Under the pieces are notes generated by a model. It saw nothing but the letters and a program-made list of their open reading frames with translations. It had not been told where the DNA came from and made no database searches. Positions 7,666-18,233 of a stretch of 36,753 nt of DNA are shown here, piece by piece; positions within the stretch are counted from its first letter, which is position 1, and each line of letters opens with the position of its first letter. The stretch lies in IMG/VR virus record IMGVR_UViG_3300036785_000941, positions 1 through 36,753 of that record. One strand, given 5' to 3'. The position numbers and the translations under genes are program-made. The DNA comes from a virus (taxonomy: Duplodnaviria; Caudoviricetes).

Positions 7666-9688
7666 CGCTCTGCCACCCCGGCCTGGGCTGTTTGCCGCGG
7701 CGACCGACAACATTGTCCAGCATTGGCGGACGGCCACGGCGAACAACCCGCCCGCGCCCGGATCACTGAGGGATGGGCAGCTTGCGCTGGAACAGAATGA
7801 CCCGGTGCGGCTGTGGATGGGGGTTCCCACATCGATTGATCCATCCGGGATGCGGGTGCTGTTTGATGCCGCGGCAACCGGTGGCGCGCCAATCGACGGC
7901 TTTGCCTATGGCAAGCTGAACAACCTCTGGGCGCGGGTGCTGCCTCTGACTGGCGGCACACTGACCGGCGCCCTGGTGCTGGCCGGCAACGCCACCGCGG
8001 CGCTGAACCCGGTCAGCTTGCAGCAGATGAACGCGGCGATTGCTGCGATCCCGGCCGGGGTGGTGTCATGGAACACCCGGAAGGGTGACGTGGTGCTTCA
8101 GCAGTTGGACGTTTCGGCGGTTGCAGTTGGATCGTTCAACGGCCGGATCGGTGCGGTGACCTTGCAGGTTGCTGATGTCACCGGGCTTGGCTTCATTACC
8201 TCTGCCACGTCCGATGCGCGCTATGTTGACGTGGCCGGCGATACGATGACTGGGCCGTTGCAGGTCAGCAGCACCATCGTATCTACTTCAACTATCAAGG
8301 CAGGGATCGGTGTCGGCAGTGCGCAACTCAATCCTGGTGACGCCACCAACCCAGGATACCTTGCGCTCTATAACCCCGCCGGCACACGGGTCGGGTATGT
8401 GGGCTGGCAGGTCGGTGGTCCACGCCTTCAGTTGCAATCCGAAAATGGTTATATTGGTTGGTCGGTAAACGGCGATCTACAGGTCAGCAGCAACATCGGC
8501 ACTACTGCTACGATCACGGGTGGCTACATCCACTCGACCGGCTCTATTCAGGCTGACGGGGACAGCAACGCCAGTGGCAATATGCTGGCCGGGCGGATAC
8601 GCGCCACCAACAGCATTATGAATGATACTGGCGCTTTCTATGTCGCCAACAACGCCAATTATTATCTAGCACGTGGCCAAAGCACTGGAAGGTGGTCGTT
8701 CGTTGAGAATGGCACAGAGAACTTTGGCATTGATACATCCGGCAACATCTGGTCAAGAGCCGCTTGGACTGGCACTTATGCACACGCAACTGGCAGCATG
8801 GACAACGACGGTCAGTATCGTGGCGACACCCTGATAGTGCGCAGTGGTCTCGGTATCCAATATAGCGCCTTTACTGGCTATTGGATCGCGTATGGTTGGA
8901 ACGGTTATGTCAACGTCTACGTCAATGGTGGCTATCAGGGCGACCTTTGGATGGTTGGCCAAAACGACGGCAGATACAAAGCCATTGGTGCCTACACGCC
9001 AAACCAGAATGTGGATGCTGGGGCAGGTCCGAACTTCAGTTGGGTTTATTCTTCCGGTGATTTCGGCGGTCACAACTGCTATATTGACGGCACCCTCGGT
9101 TTGAATTTTCGCGGCGTTTACAACTCAGGCGTTTGGTATGCCTTCGGCTGGGATGGCCACCTGCATATTGCCATCAATGGTGGTGGGCAGGGGCCGCTAG
9201 CTTTCGTGGCTGATGTCAACGCTCGCTACTCGCCAAACATGAACGTCGATTATCACAGCAATCCGACCTTTTGGCAGGTTGTCTCTGACAGTTCTGGCGC
9301 AGCGTTCAACGCACCGGCTGGCTATGGTGTTTCGGCTGGCGGTTGGATTGGCCCTGGCTCTGACGCACGTTGGAAAAAGGACGTGCGGTCCATTTCACCT
9401 GAAGCAGCGAGAGCGTGGGTGCAACAGGGGCACTGGTGTCGGTTCACTATGGAAATAGGCGATGTTTCTTATGAGATGGCTGGTGTCATTGCGCAGGAAG
9501 AAATTGCCGCCGGGCGCGCAGACCTAGTGCGCTGGGTAGACAGTGACGACCCTCGGGTGGCGCAGGGGGATGCGCATTCGCCCGCCGGTAAAGCGGCTTA
9601 CTATAACTACAACGATCATATCGCCTTCCTGACGGTAGCACTCAGGGACGCACTCGACCGGATCGAAGCATTGGAAGCAAGACAATGA
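7658..9688 (+). CDS. fibre/spike protein with C-terminal intramolecular chaperone (peptidase S74-like)
   Basis: LPLTGGTLTG, SWNTRKGDVVL/SFNGRIGAVTL repeats, SDARWKKDV cleavage motif, GVIAQE, terminal coiled coil. Confidence 0.85.
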   Translation: MPDALPPRPGLFAAATDNIVQHWRTATANNPPAPGSLRDGQLALEQNDPVRLWMGVPTSIDPSGMRVLFDAAATGGAPIDGFAYGKLNNLWARVLPLTGGTLTGALVLAGNATAALNPVSLQQMNAAIAAIPAGVVSWNTRKGDVVLQQLDVSAVAVGSFNGRIGAVTLQVADVTGLGFITSATSDARYVDVAGDTMTGPLQVSSTIVSTSTIKAGIGVGSAQLNPGDATNPGYLALYNPAGTRVGYVGWQVGGPRLQLQSENGYIGWSVNGDLQVSSNIGTTATITGGYIHSTGSIQADGDSNASGNMLAGRIRATNSIMNDTGAFYVANNANYYLARGQSTGRWSFVENGTENFGIDTSGNIWSRAAWTGTYAHATGSMDNDGQYRGDTLIVRSGLGIQYSAFTGYWIAYGWNGYVNVYVNGGYQGDLWMVGQNDGRYKAIGAYTPNQNVDAGAGPNFSWVYSSGDFGGHNCYIDGTLGLNFRGVYNSGVWYAFGWDGHLHIAINGGGQGPLAFVADVNARYSPNMNVDYHSNPTFWQVVSDSSGAAFNAPAGYGVSAGGWIGPGSDARWKKDVRSISPEAARAWVQQGHWCRFTMEIGDVSYEMAGVIAQEEIAAGRADLVRWVDSDDPRVAQGDAHSPAGKAAYYNYNDHIAFLTVALRDALDRIEALEARQ

Positions 9689-10071
9689 CCACCATCGTCA
9701 TCAGCACCCAGCCACAATATACCTTCGGCACCCTGACCAACCGCATGGTGAGCGGACTGATCACTGCCGGTCAGCAGATGGGGCGATTGAATGATGCTGT
9801 GATCCAGGCATCGTCAGGCTACACCGGCACCCCCGGCACTGAGTTTGAAATCGTGCCGGCAGCGTTCGGAACATCGGCGCCAACTGCGCCTGTCAATCTG
9901 TTCGGCGTGTCGCAGGACGCTGCCAACGTCGGGCTGAACGGGACGAACTATCAAGCGGCGGTCACTGCGCTGAATGATGCGTGGCAGACCTTCTGGACCA
10001 CCGCGGCGCCGCTCATTCAGCGGTTGGACAACGGGCAACAGGTCAGCCTCAATCCATCCGGCTCGTTCTGA
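9685..10071 (+). CDS. hypothetical protein, fibre-associated
   Basis: ATGA overlap with the fibre gene; 128 aa. Confidence 0.7.
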   Translation: MTTIVISTQPQYTFGTLTNRMVSGLITAGQQMGRLNDAVIQASSGYTGTPGTEFEIVPAAFGTSAPTAPVNLFGVSQDAANVGLNGTNYQAAVTALNDAWQTFWTTAAPLIQRLDNGQQVSLNPSGSF

Positions 10072-10769
10072 TGGTCAACATCAGCGTCAGCAAGGCAATC
10101 GACAATGTTGCGGTGCTGATGGCACGAATTGAAACACTCACCAACTGCGAAGTGCGGGTCGGCATCCCGGCTGACAAGACCGCGCGCAAGGATACCAAAG
10201 CCCCGATCACCAACGCCGCGCTGGCCTACATCCACGAATTCGGCAGCCCGCTGAAGAAAATCCCCGCCAGACCGTTCCTGTTCCCTGGGATCAGGAAGGC
10301 GGCGCCGCTGATCGCCAAGCTGTTGGGACAGGGCGCGCGGGCCGCGGTCAATGTCAAAGCCGGTGTGCCTGACGATGTGGCCATGAAGGCGCTGCACGCG
10401 GCTGGTATGGCGGCGCGCAACTCGGTGGTGCGTGAAATCACCGACCCGGCGCCACCGTTCGTGCCGCTGAAGCCGGCCACGATCAGGGGGCGGCTGCGCA
10501 AGACCCAGGCGGGACGGCGCAAGCTTCGCCAACTGAAGCAGATCAAGCAGGCGGCGGGCTGGAACTACCACAAGGCCAATGCGGCGCTGTCCATGTGGGC
10601 AGAGGCGGGCAACATCCACCCGCTGATCGACACCGCGCAGCTTCGCGCGGCCATCACCTACGTCATCCGACCTTCCAAGGGATCGTCATGGGCGGTCGGC
10701 GGACGGCGGAACACCCCAGGTGGTGTGACCATCACCGGGCTGAATCTGTCCGAACAGAAATACCGTTAG
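10071..10769 (+). CDS. neck/tail-completion protein
   Basis: TGATG-coupled start at 10071; HEFG...IPARPFL and PLIDTAQLRAAITY motifs. Confidence 0.8.
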   Translation: MVNISVSKAIDNVAVLMARIETLTNCEVRVGIPADKTARKDTKAPITNAALAYIHEFGSPLKKIPARPFLFPGIRKAAPLIAKLLGQGARAAVNVKAGVPDDVAMKALHAAGMAARNSVVREITDPAPPFVPLKPATIRGRLRKTQAGRRKLRQLKQIKQAAGWNYHKANAALSMWAEAGNIHPLIDTAQLRAAITYVIRPSKGSSWAVGGRRNTPGGVTITGLNLSEQKYR

Positions 10770-10897
10770 AGCCAAGGCGCCGAGAACCGTCCCCGGTGAG
10801 GCGCCGCGGGCGGCCGGCGGGGTTGTTGACGCTGTGTTATCCCCGCCGGTTAGCCCCCGCCCTGTACGGGCTTCTGTGAGCCGGGAAAGGGCATGTC

Positions 10898-11290
10898 ATG
10901 GCCAACATCAGTGTGGCGGAACTCTTGCTTGATCCGGACTTCACCGACCCGGTGACGGTGTTGCGTCAGGTCGAGACGGTGCCGGATGACGGCCGCGGGC
11001 AATTCCAACAGGTGCCGATCAACATCGTGGCCAGCATCCAGGCTACCGGCGGCGACGCGCTGTTCATGACACCGGACGCATCACGCACCGAGTCCACCTA
11101 TGACATCCTGACCACCTTCCCGCTGGTGACCGCAACCGACGCCACGGGGGCGGATGTGATCGTGTGGAACGGGCGGCAGTTCCGGCTGATCACGGTGGCG
11201 CGGTTCGACAATTTTCAGAACGGCTTTGGTCACTACGAAGGGGTGATGGAACTCATGTCGATCAACCCCGTGCCCACGGATGCGCGCTGA
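10898..11290 (+). CDS. head-closure / head-tail joining protein
   Basis: ELLLDPDF, ADVIVWNGRQF, GFGHY; position in the neck cluster. Confidence 0.75.
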   Translation: MANISVAELLLDPDFTDPVTVLRQVETVPDDGRGQFQQVPINIVASIQATGGDALFMTPDASRTESTYDILTTFPLVTATDATGADVIVWNGRQFRLITVARFDNFQNGFGHYEGVMELMSINPVPTDAR

Positions 11291-11664
11291 TGCCGTCCGC
11301 CTATGACCTAACGGTGTACCGGGGCGATACCTATACCTGGGACTTCCGGCTGTGGAATGACGTCGGCAAAACCCAGCCCACCGATCTGACCGGCATCATG
11401 GTGAAGGCGGAAATCCGGGATCGGCCGGCCGGCTCGCTTATTGTGCCGCTCACCCTCACGGTGATCTTGCCGAACACCATCCACGCTTCGCTGGACGCCC
11501 CGCACAGTTCACAGCTTCCGGTGCCGACCGGGGTGTGGGACTTGCAACTGACCTACCCTGACACGTCGGTGCTGACTGTGCTTGGCGGCAATGTTGCTGT
11601 CACCGCGGACGTGACTGACAGTAGCCCGCCTGGGGTGACGGCGCGGGTGAGGCTGATCGCGTGA
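11290..11664 (+). CDS. Ig-like fibre adaptor (BppU/LtfC-like)
   Basis: TGATG start; [13 protein letters not shown]...[22 protein letters not shown]; precedes the collagen fibre. Confidence 0.7.
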   Translation: MPSAYDLTVYRGDTYTWDFRLWNDVGKTQPTDLTGIMVKAEIRDRPAGSLIVPLTLTVILPNTIHASLDAPHSSQLPVPTGVWDLQLTYPDTSVLTVLGGNVAVTADVTDSSPPGVTARVRLIA

Positions 11665-14600
11665 GTGACAACCTCACCATCGATATCCTGGTCCCGCCGC
11701 CTATGGTCCAACAGGTGGACGCGGTGTCGTCCACATCCGGCCCGGCCGGGCCACCCGGACCCACTGGGCCGCAAGGTCCGCAAGGCCCAACCGGCGCGAC
11801 CGGGGCAACCGGACCACAGGGCGTTCCCGGCCCACAAGGGCCACAGGGAAACACCGGCACGGCGGGCGCTACAGGCCCACAGGGGACGCAGGGGCCACAG
11901 GGTGCCACTGGGCCACAGGGACCAACAGGCGCCGCCAGCACCGTTCCTGGGCCGCCTGGAAGCACGGGTGCGCAAGGTGCTACTGGGCCGCAGGGACCGA
12001 CTGGGCCGACTGGTGCGGCCAGCACGGTTCCGGGACCAACCGGGCCAACCGGGGCCACTGGGCCGGCCGGGCCGGCTGGTCCGACCGCGATCAGTGTTCA
12101 GGCCAACAACCTTGCCCATCTGGGCACTGACAGTTTGACCTACGTGCCCGCCGTCGTTGGCGGCGATCTGACCGGCACCTTACCTAATCCGACCTTGGCC
12201 ACGATTGCCGGTGTGGCGGGTGTCTACACCAACACCAATTTGACGGTTGACAGCAAAGGCAGGATCACCGCGGCTGCCAATGGCACGGGTGGCACAGGCG
12301 GCATTGCCGATGCGCCTTCCGACTCGACCTATTATGGCCGCTTCAATGCGACGTGGTTGCGCGTGCTGCCGCTCACTGGCGGCGTATTGAGTGCGCCGGG
12401 CAATCTTGGAATGCCGGGTGATCTTGCCGTGGGTGCGACGGCGGCGCCAGCCGACATGGGTCCAGGCAGCATATTATCGCTGGCGCTGCACACGACTGGT
12501 TCTACGTGCATTTCCAACAATGCCTATCTCACGACCGGCAGCACCTGGAAGTTGCTAGCCAATGCGGAAGCGACCGCAATTAACATGGGCTACCAGGGGC
12601 AGGTTGCATTCTATTATGCGCCGGCCGGGGCGCCGGGTTCCGCGCCAGCCTGGGTGGCGACGGCAGCAATCTTACCGAATGGAATTATTACTGCGACCAC
12701 GCCGACTGTGGGTGATAATTCAACCAAGGTTGCTACGACGGCGTTTGTCATAGCGGCACTTCCTGTGGCGTCTTCTACCACACCGCTGATGGACAGCGCA
12801 GCAGCGATTGGCGTTGGCACGACGTGGGCACGTGCGGATCATGTCCATCCGGTTGACACTAGCCGTTATGCAGCGACCAACCCGTCTGGCTATCAGACTT
12901 TTGCGCAAGTCGTGTCCGCCATCGCTGGCAGCAATCCCGGCGCGTTCACCACCCTGTCTGCATCTGGCGCTGTCTCTGGGGCTGGCTTCACCACGCTTCT
13001 GGCGCCATACGCCACCCTGGTTAGTCCAGCCCTGACTGGAACACCTACCGGGCCGACCGTCACCCCAGGCACTGACAACAGCACCAAGCTGGCCACCACG
13101 GCATTTGTCCAATCGGCCATTTCTGCGGTGTCGTCCGGTGTCACCACGATCACGGCTGGCGCTGGCCTGACCGGTGGCGGCTCTGGCGCAGTCACCCTGG
13201 CAGTGGCTACCGCGGGCGTCACCAACGCCATGCTGGCCAACATGGCGGCCGGCACGCTGAAGGGGAACAACGCGGGCGTCGCGGGCGTGCCTATCGATCT
13301 GACCGTGGCGCAGACCATGACCCTGTTGGGTGCTGCGCCGCTTGCCTCACCAACCTTCACCGGCACGGTGACGATTCCCGGCGGCACGATCAACGCCAGC
13401 GCCATCGGCGGAACCACCCCGGCCGCGGGTTCGTTTACCACTCTGGCTGCCAGCGGTGCGGTTTCCGGTGCGGGCTTCACCACGCTGTTGGCGCCCTATG
13501 CGCCACTGGCCAGCCCGGCCTTCACCGGCACGCCTTCGCTGCCGACCGGCACAACCGCGATCACCCAGACCGCTGGCAACAACACCACCGCAATCGCTAC
13601 CACTGCCTTCGTCACCACGGCGGTGCCGGTGGCTTCGTCCACGACGCCTGCCATGGACGGCACTGCCACGATTGGCGTGGGCACCACCTGGGCGCGCGCG
13701 GATCACATCCACCCAACAGACACCAGCCGCTATGCCGCGGCCAATCCATCTGGCTATCAAACCTCTGCCCAGGTCGTGACGGCGATTGCCGCGGGCAACC
13801 CTGGTGCATTCACCACCCTGTCTGCTTCGGGGGCGGTGTCAGGCGCTGGGTTCACCACCTATCTGGCAGCGCCACCCGCGATTGGTTCGACCACGCCAGC
13901 GGCGGGCGCGTTCACCACCTTGTCCGCCACAGGCACAGTGAGCGGCGCGGGCTTCACCACTTTGCTGTCCCCGTACGCCTTGACCACTAGCTTGCCGGTT
14001 GCGGCAACGGTGGCGCCGCTCATGGACAGCACTGCGGCGGTAGGCACCGGGACGAAGTATGCGCGTGAAGATCACGTGCACCCCACCGATACCTCACGCT
14101 ACGCGGCCACCAACCCCAGCGGATACCAGACTTCGACCCAGGTGGTTGCGGCAATCGCGGCCGGCAATCCCGGCGCTTTCACCACGCTGTCAGCATCAGG
14201 GACCGTCTCAGGCGCTGGGTTCACGACCTTGTTGTCACCGTACGCGCTCACCAGTAGCGTGCCGGTGGCGTCTTCGACCAATCCGGTCATGAATGGGACT
14301 GTGGCGGTGGGCACGGGCACCACCTGGGCGCGGGCCGATCACGTCCATGCCAGCGATACGTCACGGTTGGCGGTGGGTGCCACCGCGGGCGGTGATCTGA
14401 CCGGAACATTCCCCGGCCCGACGCTTGTCACCACGGCGGTTGCTGCCGGTTCCTACACCAACACCAACCTGACGGTGGACAGCAAAGGACGCATCACAGC
14501 CGCATCCAACGGCACTGGCGGAACCGGTGGTGGTGGCGCCACGATGAGCGACACGCCCCCAGGTTCGCCAACAGCAGGCACGTTCTGGTGGGATAGCGTT

Positions 14601-15014
14601 GGCGGCTCACTTTTCTTGTATTTCACCGATGCCGATAGCAGTCAGTGGGTTCCGGCATCACCTGTGGGTGGGGTGCCGCAGATACTGTCAACAACATGGC
14701 TGGCTGGGGCGACGCCCGGCGGCGCAACCGTATTCGTTGCACCCAGGGCGTTGACCATCACCACCTTGGTTGGCGTGGTCGAGACTGCGAATGGTGCGGC
14801 TGCCACTGTCTCAGTGGTGAAGGCAACCAATGGTCAGGCACTGACTGCCGGCACTGTTATTCACAGTGGTTCGTTCAATGCCAATGGCACGGCGGCCACC
14901 AATCAGACGCTGACCTTGACCACAACGACAATGGCGGCCGGCGACCGTCTTGGGCTGACTTCCACTGGCACCTTCACAGCCTCAATCGCTTCGCTCACCG
15001 TGACGGTGCAGTGA
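11661..15014 (+). CDS. collagen-like modular fibre protein
   Basis: Gly-X-Y tract followed by repeated [13 protein letters not shown], SPx[13 protein letters not shown] and [11 protein letters not shown] modules. Confidence 0.85.
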   Translation: MSDNLTIDILVPPPMVQQVDAVSSTSGPAGPPGPTGPQGPQGPTGATGATGPQGVPGPQGPQGNTGTAGATGPQGTQGPQGATGPQGPTGAASTVPGPPGSTGAQGATGPQGPTGPTGAASTVPGPTGPTGATGPAGPAGPTAISVQANNLAHLGTDSLTYVPAVVGGDLTGTLPNPTLATIAGVAGVYTNTNLTVDSKGRITAAANGTGGTGGIADAPSDSTYYGRFNATWLRVLPLTGGVLSAPGNLGMPGDLAVGATAAPADMGPGSILSLALHTTGSTCISNNAYLTTGSTWKLLANAEATAINMGYQGQVAFYYAPAGAPGSAPAWVATAAILPNGIITATTPTVGDNSTKVATTAFVIAALPVASSTTPLMDSAAAIGVGTTWARADHVHPVDTSRYAATNPSGYQTFAQVVSAIAGSNPGAFTTLSASGAVSGAGFTTLLAPYATLVSPALTGTPTGPTVTPGTDNSTKLATTAFVQSAISAVSSGVTTITAGAGLTGGGSGAVTLAVATAGVTNAMLANMAAGTLKGNNAGVAGVPIDLTVAQTMTLLGAAPLASPTFTGTVTIPGGTINASAIGGTTPAAGSFTTLAASGAVSGAGFTTLLAPYAPLASPAFTGTPSLPTGTTAITQTAGNNTTAIATTAFVTTAVPVASSTTPAMDGTATIGVGTTWARADHIHPTDTSRYAAANPSGYQTSAQVVTAIAAGNPGAFTTLSASGAVSGAGFTTYLAAPPAIGSTTPAAGAFTTLSATGTVSGAGFTTLLSPYALTTSLPVAATVAPLMDSTAAVGTGTKYAREDHVHPTDTSRYAATNPSGYQTSTQVVAAIAAGNPGAFTTLSASGTVSGAGFTTLLSPYALTSSVPVASSTNPVMNGTVAVGTGTTWARADHVHASDTSRLAVGATAGGDLTGTFPGPTLVTTAVAAGSYTNTNLTVDSKGRITAASNGTGGTGGGGATMSDTPPGSPTAGTFWWDSVGGSLFLYFTDADSSQWVPASPVGGVPQILSTTWLAGATPGGATVFVAPRALTITTLVGVVETANGAAATVSVVKATNGQALTAGTVIHSGSFNANGTAATNQTLTLTTTTMAAGDRLGLTSTGTFTASIASLTVTVQ
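11739..12086 (+). repeat. collagen Gly-X-Y repeat
   Basis: GPQ/GPT/GAT triplets, interrupted twice by GAASTVP. Confidence 0.95.
12770..14366 (+). repeat. four in-frame copies of a [28 protein letters not shown] module, plus associated [10 protein letters not shown] modules
   Basis: Copies at about 12777, 13641, 14007 and 14277; a fifth copy at about 16807 in another gene. Confidence 0.9.
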
Positions 15015-15697
15015 TGCTGATACTGTCCAAGCCACCGGTCGTCGGTGCTACTATACCATCGGTCCTGCTGATGGATTACGAGACCGGGCTGGTCGATTTG
15101 TCACCGTCCGCGCATACGTTCATCATTGATGGTGTTTCGCAGTCCACCGTGCAGGCCATGTTCGGCACGCACTCGCTGTTGGTCAGCACGGTCGGTGGTG
15201 ACAGCAACAATCTACGCCAAGCCGACACAAATTATGCCGACTGGCAGTTCAGCAACTTGCAGTTCACCATCGAGTGCTGGGTCTATCTGGCGGCCACGCC
15301 CCCTGCCTCACAGCCGTATATTTCTCAGTGGGGCGTGTCCTCTGACTGGGGTTGGTATCTGGGCACGATCAGTAATAATCTGTATTTCTATTATCAGACC
15401 ACGAATGGCATAGGCAACCTACCAAGCAGCGCAACGATATCGCTCAATACGTGGCACCATGTGTGCGTCGACCGGGACGCTTCGCTGAACCTTCGCCTGT
15501 ATCTTGATGGCGTGGTTCTGGGGATCACCGGCTTGCCCTACGGAATGTATGCGTCCAGCCAACAGCTTTACATTGGCAACCAGATCGGTAGCAGCGTCAG
15601 TGTGCCGGGCTACATCGATGAAGTGCGGATTACCAAAGGCACCGCACGGTATGGCGGCGCGTTCACGCCACCCACTGCGCCATTTCCCATCGGGTGA
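15014..15697 (+). CDS. LamG / concanavalin-A-like domain protein
   Basis: TGATG start at 15014; FTIECWVY, NTWHHVCV, LYLDG, GYIDEVRITKGTARY, FTPPTAPF. Confidence 0.88.
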   Translation: MLILSKPPVVGATIPSVLLMDYETGLVDLSPSAHTFIIDGVSQSTVQAMFGTHSLLVSTVGGDSNNLRQADTNYADWQFSNLQFTIECWVYLAATPPASQPYISQWGVSSDWGWYLGTISNNLYFYYQTTNGIGNLPSSATISLNTWHHVCVDRDASLNLRLYLDGVVLGITGLPYGMYASSQQLYIGNQIGSSVSVPGYIDEVRITKGTARYGGAFTPPTAPFPIG

Positions 15698-15705
15698 GGT
15701 GAACC

Positions 15706-17367
15706 TTGCTGAATTTCCCCAATAGCCCGACCAACGGTCAGCAGTTCACCGGCCCTGGTGGCGTCGTATGGACCTGGGACGGCACCAAATGGACCGGGGC
15801 ATCCGGCAGTGGCGGCGGTGGTGGTGGCGGGATCGCCGAGGCGCCGAACGATGGGAATGCGTATCTTAGGGTCAGCACCGCGTGGGCATCTGGCGGCAAT
15901 CTGACCGGCAACCTGTTTGCGAATGCGTTTGCCAGCCCGGCAGTTAGTTCCGGCGCATCGCCGTCCAAAGACATCGTGCTGTATTCCGGATCGAACACGG
16001 CCACTGGGGGTAAGAGCGGCAACGTCGCCATATCTGTCGGCGGGTCTGCCAATTCTGACAGTGGCTACATGCAACTGAGCACCGGTAACGCTGCCGGCAA
16101 TGCAGGTCCAATCAATATTCTTTCCGGCAACGCGTCGGTCAATGGCAACAGCGGCGCCCTCACATTCACCAGCGGCGACGCCAACGGCACCGGCAATTCC
16201 GGGATCATCCAGTTAAAGACTGGGTCGGTCGCGACCGGCGGCGCCGCCAGCCTGAGCGGCGGCGTCAGCCTCACCACCGGACCTAACAACGGCACCGGGG
16301 TGTCCGGGGACATCAGCCTGACAACCGGCAAGGCCGCCGGCAATGCTGGGGGCGGGATCAATCTGCTGACCGGTGCCGGTTCCACAAAATCGGGCAGTGT
16401 CGGGATCAATTCCGGCGACAACACAGGAAGCGGAACCACTGGCAACATCACGGTTGGTACTGGATGGTCGGTCAACGCCAACAGCGGCGCACTTAATCTG
16501 ACCACCGGAAACGCAACCGGCACAGCCGATAGTGGGAATGTCACTTTATCTTCTGGTGGGTCGTCCGGCAGCAGTGGCAATAGTGGGTATGTATTTATCG
16601 CCACTGGCGTAGCGGTCGGTGCCGGAAAGGTTTCAGGCAGCATCTATCTGCAAGTCGGTGCGGTTTCCGGTGGCGCTTCATCCGGCGCCATCAACCTCAC
16701 CGGCAATGTTGCTATCGGGTCGGGCTTTGCTTGCACGTTGGCGATTGACCCAGTGACATCGATGCAGGCAGCCACCAAGCAGTATGTGGACAACAAGGTA
16801 TCCGTCACCACGCCGCTGATGAACGGAACGGCGGCAGTCGGCACCGGTACCACCTACGCCCGCGCAGACCATGTGCACGCATCCGATACCTCTCGTTTGC
16901 CGCTGACCGGGGGCACGCTGTCCGGGCTTTTGACTGTGACATCGATAGCGTATTCCGGGAATACCGCTGCTGCCGCTGCCGGGACTGATGGCGAGTTCAT
17001 CGAGGCAGTGCTGGCGGCCGGTAGCGCGATTTCTCTAACCACCAACACCGCCGCGACCGTGACCTCGATTTCGCTCACGGCGGGGGAATGGATGGTATTC
17101 GGCAACTATGTTTTCACTTGCTCGCTTGCCAATGGTATGACGACCGCCCAGGGCTGGGTGAACACCGTTCCTGCTGCGCCAACAGCGCCGCAACAAGGTT
17201 TCACCAAGACCGTTTCCGCCGGTCAGGGAACTCTGACCGAGAACTCGACCGGACCGCGGCGCATTCTATTGACGGCGACGACCACGATCACGCTTGGTGT
17301 GCTGGCGGTGTTCGCCAGTGGCACAGCGACCGCCTATGGGATCATCAGCGCCAGCCGAATCAGGTGA
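15706..17367 (+). CDS. Gly-rich beta-repeat fibre protein
   Basis: GAGGTG RBS and TTG start; FPNSPTNGQ...WTWDGTKW N-terminus; repeated SGxIxLxTG units; AATKQYVD; ARADHVH. Confidence 0.8.
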   Translation: MLNFPNSPTNGQQFTGPGGVVWTWDGTKWTGASGSGGGGGGGIAEAPNDGNAYLRVSTAWASGGNLTGNLFANAFASPAVSSGASPSKDIVLYSGSNTATGGKSGNVAISVGGSANSDSGYMQLSTGNAAGNAGPINILSGNASVNGNSGALTFTSGDANGTGNSGIIQLKTGSVATGGAASLSGGVSLTTGPNNGTGVSGDISLTTGKAAGNAGGGINLLTGAGSTKSGSVGINSGDNTGSGTTGNITVGTGWSVNANSGALNLTTGNATGTADSGNVTLSSGGSSGSSGNSGYVFIATGVAVGAGKVSGSIYLQVGAVSGGASSGAINLTGNVAIGSGFACTLAIDPVTSMQAATKQYVDNKVSVTTPLMNGTAAVGTGTTYARADHVHASDTSRLPLTGGTLSGLLTVTSIAYSGNTAAAAAGTDGEFIEAVLAAGSAISLTTNTAATVTSISLTAGEWMVFGNYVFTCSLANGMTTAQGWVNTVPAAPTAPQQGFTKTVSAGQGTLTENSTGPRRILLTATTTITLGVLAVFASGTATAYGIISASRIR

Positions 17368-17373
17368 CAGAGC

Positions 17374-17607
17374 ATGACCGAACAACCCGATCAGATCAGC
17401 GTGGAAGAACAGGCCACGGTGGCGGGACGCATGCGCGCGCCCGACCTCGATCCGGTGGACGTGTTGCGGCTCACGATCAGGAAGTTCATGGACAACATGC
17501 CGGGCGATCCCAGGGGCCACAACTTGGCCCAGGCGCGCACCAAACTGGACGAAATGATCTTCTGGCTGCGCGCCCATGAGCAAGCGACTGCCAGGGGCAA
17601 GCCCTGA
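17374..17607 (+). CDS. small helical-hairpin protein, Tad1/Acb2-hairpin-like
   Basis: DVLRLTIRKF...NLAQARTKLDEMIFWL resembles the Tad1-type helix pattern A-x-T-[KH]-[LV]-[DE]-E-x-x-x-W. Confidence 0.55.
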   Translation: MTEQPDQISVEEQATVAGRMRAPDLDPVDVLRLTIRKFMDNMPGDPRGHNLAQARTKLDEMIFWLRAHEQATARGKP

Positions 17608-18233
17608 TGTCAGGCACCGCTGCCACCAACGATTCGGGGACCGGCGGATACATCCTCGATAGGCCCTATCCTGCCACGCTGAGCGGCGCGGAAATGACCG
17701 CGGTGTTGCAGGTCATGGTGGCTCAGTTGGCCGGCCTGCCGCCGCATCTGGTGCGTCCCAGGTGGCAACCTGTACCACCCACCCAGCCGGCGGTGGATGA
17801 AACCTGGGCGGCGGTTGGTGTCACCCAGGTGGAAGCCGACGAGTATCCGTACTTCGCCCATGACGGGGTGACCCGGCTTCCTGGGATGCCGGGGCCTGGG
17901 GTGGACCACATGCAGCGCCACGCCACCGTCACCGTCATGGTGTCCTTCTACGGTCCGGAAGCGGAAGACGCCGCGGCCTCGATCCGCGATGCGCTCTACG
18001 TGATGCAGAACATGGAACCCTTGGGCGCGATCAACGCCAAGCTGTTGGCGGTGCATGACATCCAGCGTGCGCCGGAACTGATCAATCAGCAGTTCATCGA
18101 CCGGGTGGACGTGATCATTGAACTGCGCCGGCAGATCGAGCGGACCTATCCGATCATGAACATCGAAAGTGCCGAAGTGCGGCTGATCACCGAACACGGC
18201 GAGACGGACGTGGAAGTTCTGCCGCCGCCCTGA
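17607..18233 (+). CDS. tail terminator / neck protein
   Basis: LVRPRWQP, WAAVGV, SFYGP, APELINQQ; lies upstream of the sheath. Confidence 0.8.
   Translation: MSGTAATNDSGTGGYILDRPYPATLSGAEMTAVLQVMVAQLAGLPPHLVRPRWQPVPPTQPAVDETWAAVGVTQVEADEYPYFAHDGVTRLPGMPGPGVDHMQRHATVTVMVSFYGPEAEDAAASIRDALYVMQNMEPLGAINAKLLAVHDIQRAPELINQQFIDRVDVIIELRRQIERTYPIMNIESAEVRLITEHGETDVEVLPPP

Noticed and set aside
9685-10071. WXG100-like secretion substrate
   Set aside because: Two helices with a central loop, but no W-x-G motif and no supporting context.
10826-10860. TTGACG as a sigma70 -35 element
   Set aside because: No convincing -10 at proper spacing; lies in a hairpin loop.
11600-12058. Antisense collagen-like ORF (GPV/GPC repeats)
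   Set aside because: Mirror image of the sense Gly-Pro codons.
14645-15013. N-terminal extension of the LamG ORF
   Set aside because: Overlaps the fibre gene in another frame; TGATG coupling gives start 15014.
11661-17367. Fibre repeats as DGR template/variable repeats or a CRISPR array
   Set aside because: Repeats are in-frame protein modules differing largely at synonymous positions, not adenine-specific; no reverse transcriptase and no repeat-spacer periodicity.
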